In this document: positions 61,340-64,000 of the stretch, piece by piece
How the letters are laid out: every line of letters begins with the position of its first letter
Numbering within the stretch: position 1 is the first letter of the stretch
Assembly (NCBI RefSeq): GCF_000143415.4
Contig: NW_003314313.1
Coordinates: forward strand, 957,430-1,021,429
Direction of reading: 5' to 3'
DNA from: Selaginella moellendorffii
Lineage: Eukaryota; Plantae; Lycopodiophyta
Length of the DNA stretch: 64,000 bases
Program-made: the position numbers and the translations under genes
The notes under the pieces: generated by a model
Told to the model about the DNA's origin: nothing
Seen by the model: only the letters and a program-made list of their open reading frames with translations
Databases searched by the model: none

Positions 61340-61665
61340 GGCCGGAGTGTGATACTGCGCCATGGATTGGGAGCTTATCCTTGCAGCCCCCCAGCAAGAC
61401 CTTCCGCAAGATCGCCATAGCCTGAGAGCTCGTGTCCATCAACACCCCTGCACACCAAGTCTCCAATCTTCACGTGATCCAGCGAAAGTAAGCCTCCAAA
61501 CTTCCAGCGGACTTGAGCACACGCTGGATTTCGTCCGGCATCTGGTATGAACACTTTGGGAGGATACAAGCACCTCTGGAAGTGGTAGAACCAGCCATAG
61601 CGTCCAAGCCCTGTGCAAATCCAAAGTTTGATCTACACGAGAGCAAATAAGGAGACGTCGACGTA
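61340..61665 (+). pseudogene. Decayed 3' fragment of nucleoredoxin-like gene 2
   Basis: Matches 59655-60032 with a stop, indels and a micro-inversion (61569-61596 is the rc of GGCTGGTTCTACCACT..GAGGTGCT). Confidence 0.85.
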
Positions 61666-61677
61666 GTTCTCGTTTCT

Positions 61678-63328
61678 CTACGGAGCTGGATTCGGGAATC
61701 TGCTGTGAACAGCATCTATCTCCTCCACCATTTCATCTGTTAGTGTGATAGCAGCTGCTTTCACTATATCCATTAGCTGATAGTCCTTTGTAGCTCCAAT
61801 CACAGCACTTGCAACCAGTGGATGCCTTAGTACAAAACCTGACCAAAAGAGAAGTTTTTCTTGAGCTCAAGCAATACATGGATTTGCGTTGTAGGCACCT
61901 ATAGCAAGCTCCACGGGGGTGATGCCATAATTCTTAGAAATCTCTACGTATGCCTGAAACGAAATAGTTTGGAAGAAAATCCGAAATGTACGTACCTTGA
62001 CAGCCGGTAACAGATTGGGTTTTCCAAGATCATACCGGCATTCTGCCTCGGTGTAGCGTCCTGTATTAGTGTTTTTCTACGTTAGAGAAAGAAGATTGCG
62101 TAGTGACCTTTATAAAGATTTAAACGAGCATCAGCCGGACCTCCACCATCTTCAAGATATTTCGCAGTTAGCAAACCCATTGCCAAAGGACTGTAAGCCA
62201 GGAGGTTTATGCTGAAAAAACAAAGAAGAACACTGTTTACAGTCTACAAAGGTGATAAGCTTTTACCTTTCGTGATGGCAGCATTCGGCGAGACCATAAT
62301 CAAAGGTTCGACACAGGAGGCTATATGCATTCTGTTGCAGAGGGTTAGAATCCTCCACTTGGGCATATATAAACTTCTTCTTCTCCACTTACTTGGATCG
62401 ATAAAACTCGAGGCAGCCTGTTCCCGCGAGAAGCCCGGCAGAATTCCATGAGACCGTAAGGAGTTTCATTGCTAACTCCAATGTATCTTATCTGTTCAAC
62501 CAGTTCTGTTGAGTGGCAAATCGAAAAGGATTTGTACCTTGCCAGCGTCTACAGCGTCAGACAAAGCTTGCAGCTGCTCGTCCACAGGAACTGCTTTGAT
62601 ACGGCGTGAAGGATCGTAATCAACTTCTCCAAACATCGGTGTATAGCTATAGAAAATTCCCATTCTCAAGCAAAGCACACAAGCATAAAATGTTTTACTC
62701 ACCGATCAGGCCAATGTATCTGATAGAGATCAATATGATCCAAGCAAAGTCGCTGCAAGCTGCACGAAGGAACAAAAACCATGCCAGTAAGAACAATGGT
62801 ATGAGAAGTAAAACCTTGTGTCAATAGCCGCCTTGATATTATTCTTGTCCAAAGAGTGTGGTCCTCCACGAATCCAAGTCATTTGTCCCGAAGGCCCAGC
62901 TACCTTAGAAAAAACTTAGAACCATGAAATGAAAGAATTTTGCTAGCTCGAGAAAAGCAAGCTCACCTTGGTCGCTATCACAATCTTGTCCCTGGCAATG
63001 TTACTCTCTCTGATCCATCGACCGAGGTAGACCTCACTCTTTCCATGAGTTTGAGCTCTTTGAGGCACCGGGTACCTGCGAGCAAGGAGCAAAGGAAACG
63101 ATCGAAAGCAAAGAAATGCTGGTTTTACATCTCTGCCGTGTCGAAGAAGTTGATTCCAGCTTGTGTAGCGATGCTCAAGAGCTTGGCGGATTCACTATAG
63201 CTGTTCTGCTCACCAAATGTCATGGTTCCTGCCAGGAGCGCGCGAGATACGTGAGAATCAATCCAACGGGCTCACCAACCTAGGCAGAGCTTCGACACGG
63301 AGAGATCCGGCGCGAGAACCACAGCCAT
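61678..63328 (-). CDS. Tas-like aldo-keto reductase (multi-exon)
   Basis: MAVVLAPDLSVSKLCLG/TMTFGEQNS..GINFFDTAEM/YPVPQ..IVIATK/..IDLYQIHWPDR/YTPMFGE..IRYIGVSNETPYG..NAYSLLCR..LLAYSPLAMGLLTAKY..SAVIGAT..IDAVHSRFPNPAP* (TAG 61678-61680). Confidence 0.92.
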
Positions 63329-63338
63329 GCTAACACGA

Positions 63339-63348
63339 AAACCCTAAT
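63339..63348 (+). promoter_or_regulatory. Telo-box AAACCCTAA in the 103-bp divergent AKR/PPR spacer
   Basis: Exact motif match only. Confidence 0.35.
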
Positions 63349-63431
63349 GGAATAGAAATAGGAAAAATGCCCAGGCTGGGCATCTAGACATTCTTGTTTG
63401 GCACCAGTATGATCACAGAAGAGCTGGCTAA

Positions 63432-64000
63432 ATGCCCGACGCAGTGGCTGATCTTGCCACTCGCCTCCGATGTTGCTCCTGCATTGTGGCCGGAGAGCAA
63501 ATCCACAGGGAGATCAAAGCATCCGCTCTCGAGCACAACAGGTACCTTGCAAACTTGCTCGTCCAAATGTATGGCAAGCTTGATAGATTGGGCGAAGCAC
63601 GCGCTGTCTTTGATAGCATCCACGCTCCCGATGCCTTCTCTTGGAGTATTATGATCGCGTGCTACACGAAAGGCGGCGAGATCGAAGCTGCGAGGCGCCT
63701 TTTTGATGCTGCTGGGACTGATCCGGGGGTCGTGTCATGGAACACCATGATCACGGCATATGCCCGAATTGGGGATCTCAGCGAGGCCAAGAAGCTTTTC
63801 CAGAAAATGCCGAATCCCAATGCTGTTACGTGGACGGCGATCCTCACAGCAGTTGCGGAGAACAGCTCGCTCCAGGAAACGCGAGAACTTTTTGATGCAA
63901 TGCCAGAGAGAAATCTTTCATCGTGGAACGTAATGCTTAATGCATATGCCCGAACTGGGCACTTGGGAGAATCTGAAAACTTGTTCTGCACTTGCCCTGA
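63432..64000 (+). CDS. PLS-class PPR protein, 5' part (runs off the window)
   Basis: MPDAVADLATRLRCC..GEQIHREI..NRYLANLLVQMYGK..ARAVFDSIHAPDAFSWSIMI..VVSWNTMITAYARIG; open to the window end. Confidence 0.9.
   Translation, partial: MPDAVADLATRLRCCSCIVAGEQIHREIKASALEHNRYLANLLVQMYGKLDRLGEARAVFDSIHAPDAFSWSIMIACYTKGGEIEAARRLFDAAGTDPGVVSWNTMITAYARIGDLSEAKKLFQKMPNPNAVTWTAILTAVAENSSLQETRELFDAMPERNLSSWNVMLNAYARTGHLGESENLFCTCP

Overview
Eukaryotic plant nuclear DNA, most consistent with the lycophyte Selaginella. This is an inference from the ~45-80 bp GT-AG introns, very short intergenic spaces and intronless PLS-class PPR genes built from short repeats. There are two compact gene islands. The left island (0.3-8.2 kb) holds a plastid-type VGT sugar transporter, a disabled Bdp1/TFIIIB-like gene, an L-gulonolactone-oxidase-like gene and a small secreted cyanovirin-N-like lectin. 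The right island (51-64 kb) holds a PPR relic, three PLS-PPR genes, two cysteine-deficient nucleoredoxin-like genes, a Tas-like aldo-keto reductase and decayed duplicates. Between them lies a ~41 kb block of Ty3/gypsy LTR retroelements, several resolvable to the base by TG..CA ends, PBS, PPT and TSDs. It contains a full chromovirus (A), a short-LTR non-chromovirus (B), degenerate relatives (C, D) and a four-level nest ending in a very young, apparently non-coding 7.9 kb LARD-like element (E1). The most interesting signals are: (1) the non-coding E family, with a ~420 nt densely structured RNA core and cis signals shared with the chromovirus; (2) the CVNH-like lectin gene with an upstream palindrome; (3) the single-Trx+C1 pseudo-nucleoredoxins; and (4) two PPR CDSs that overlap tail to tail. 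Alignments were read by eye; no database searches were run.
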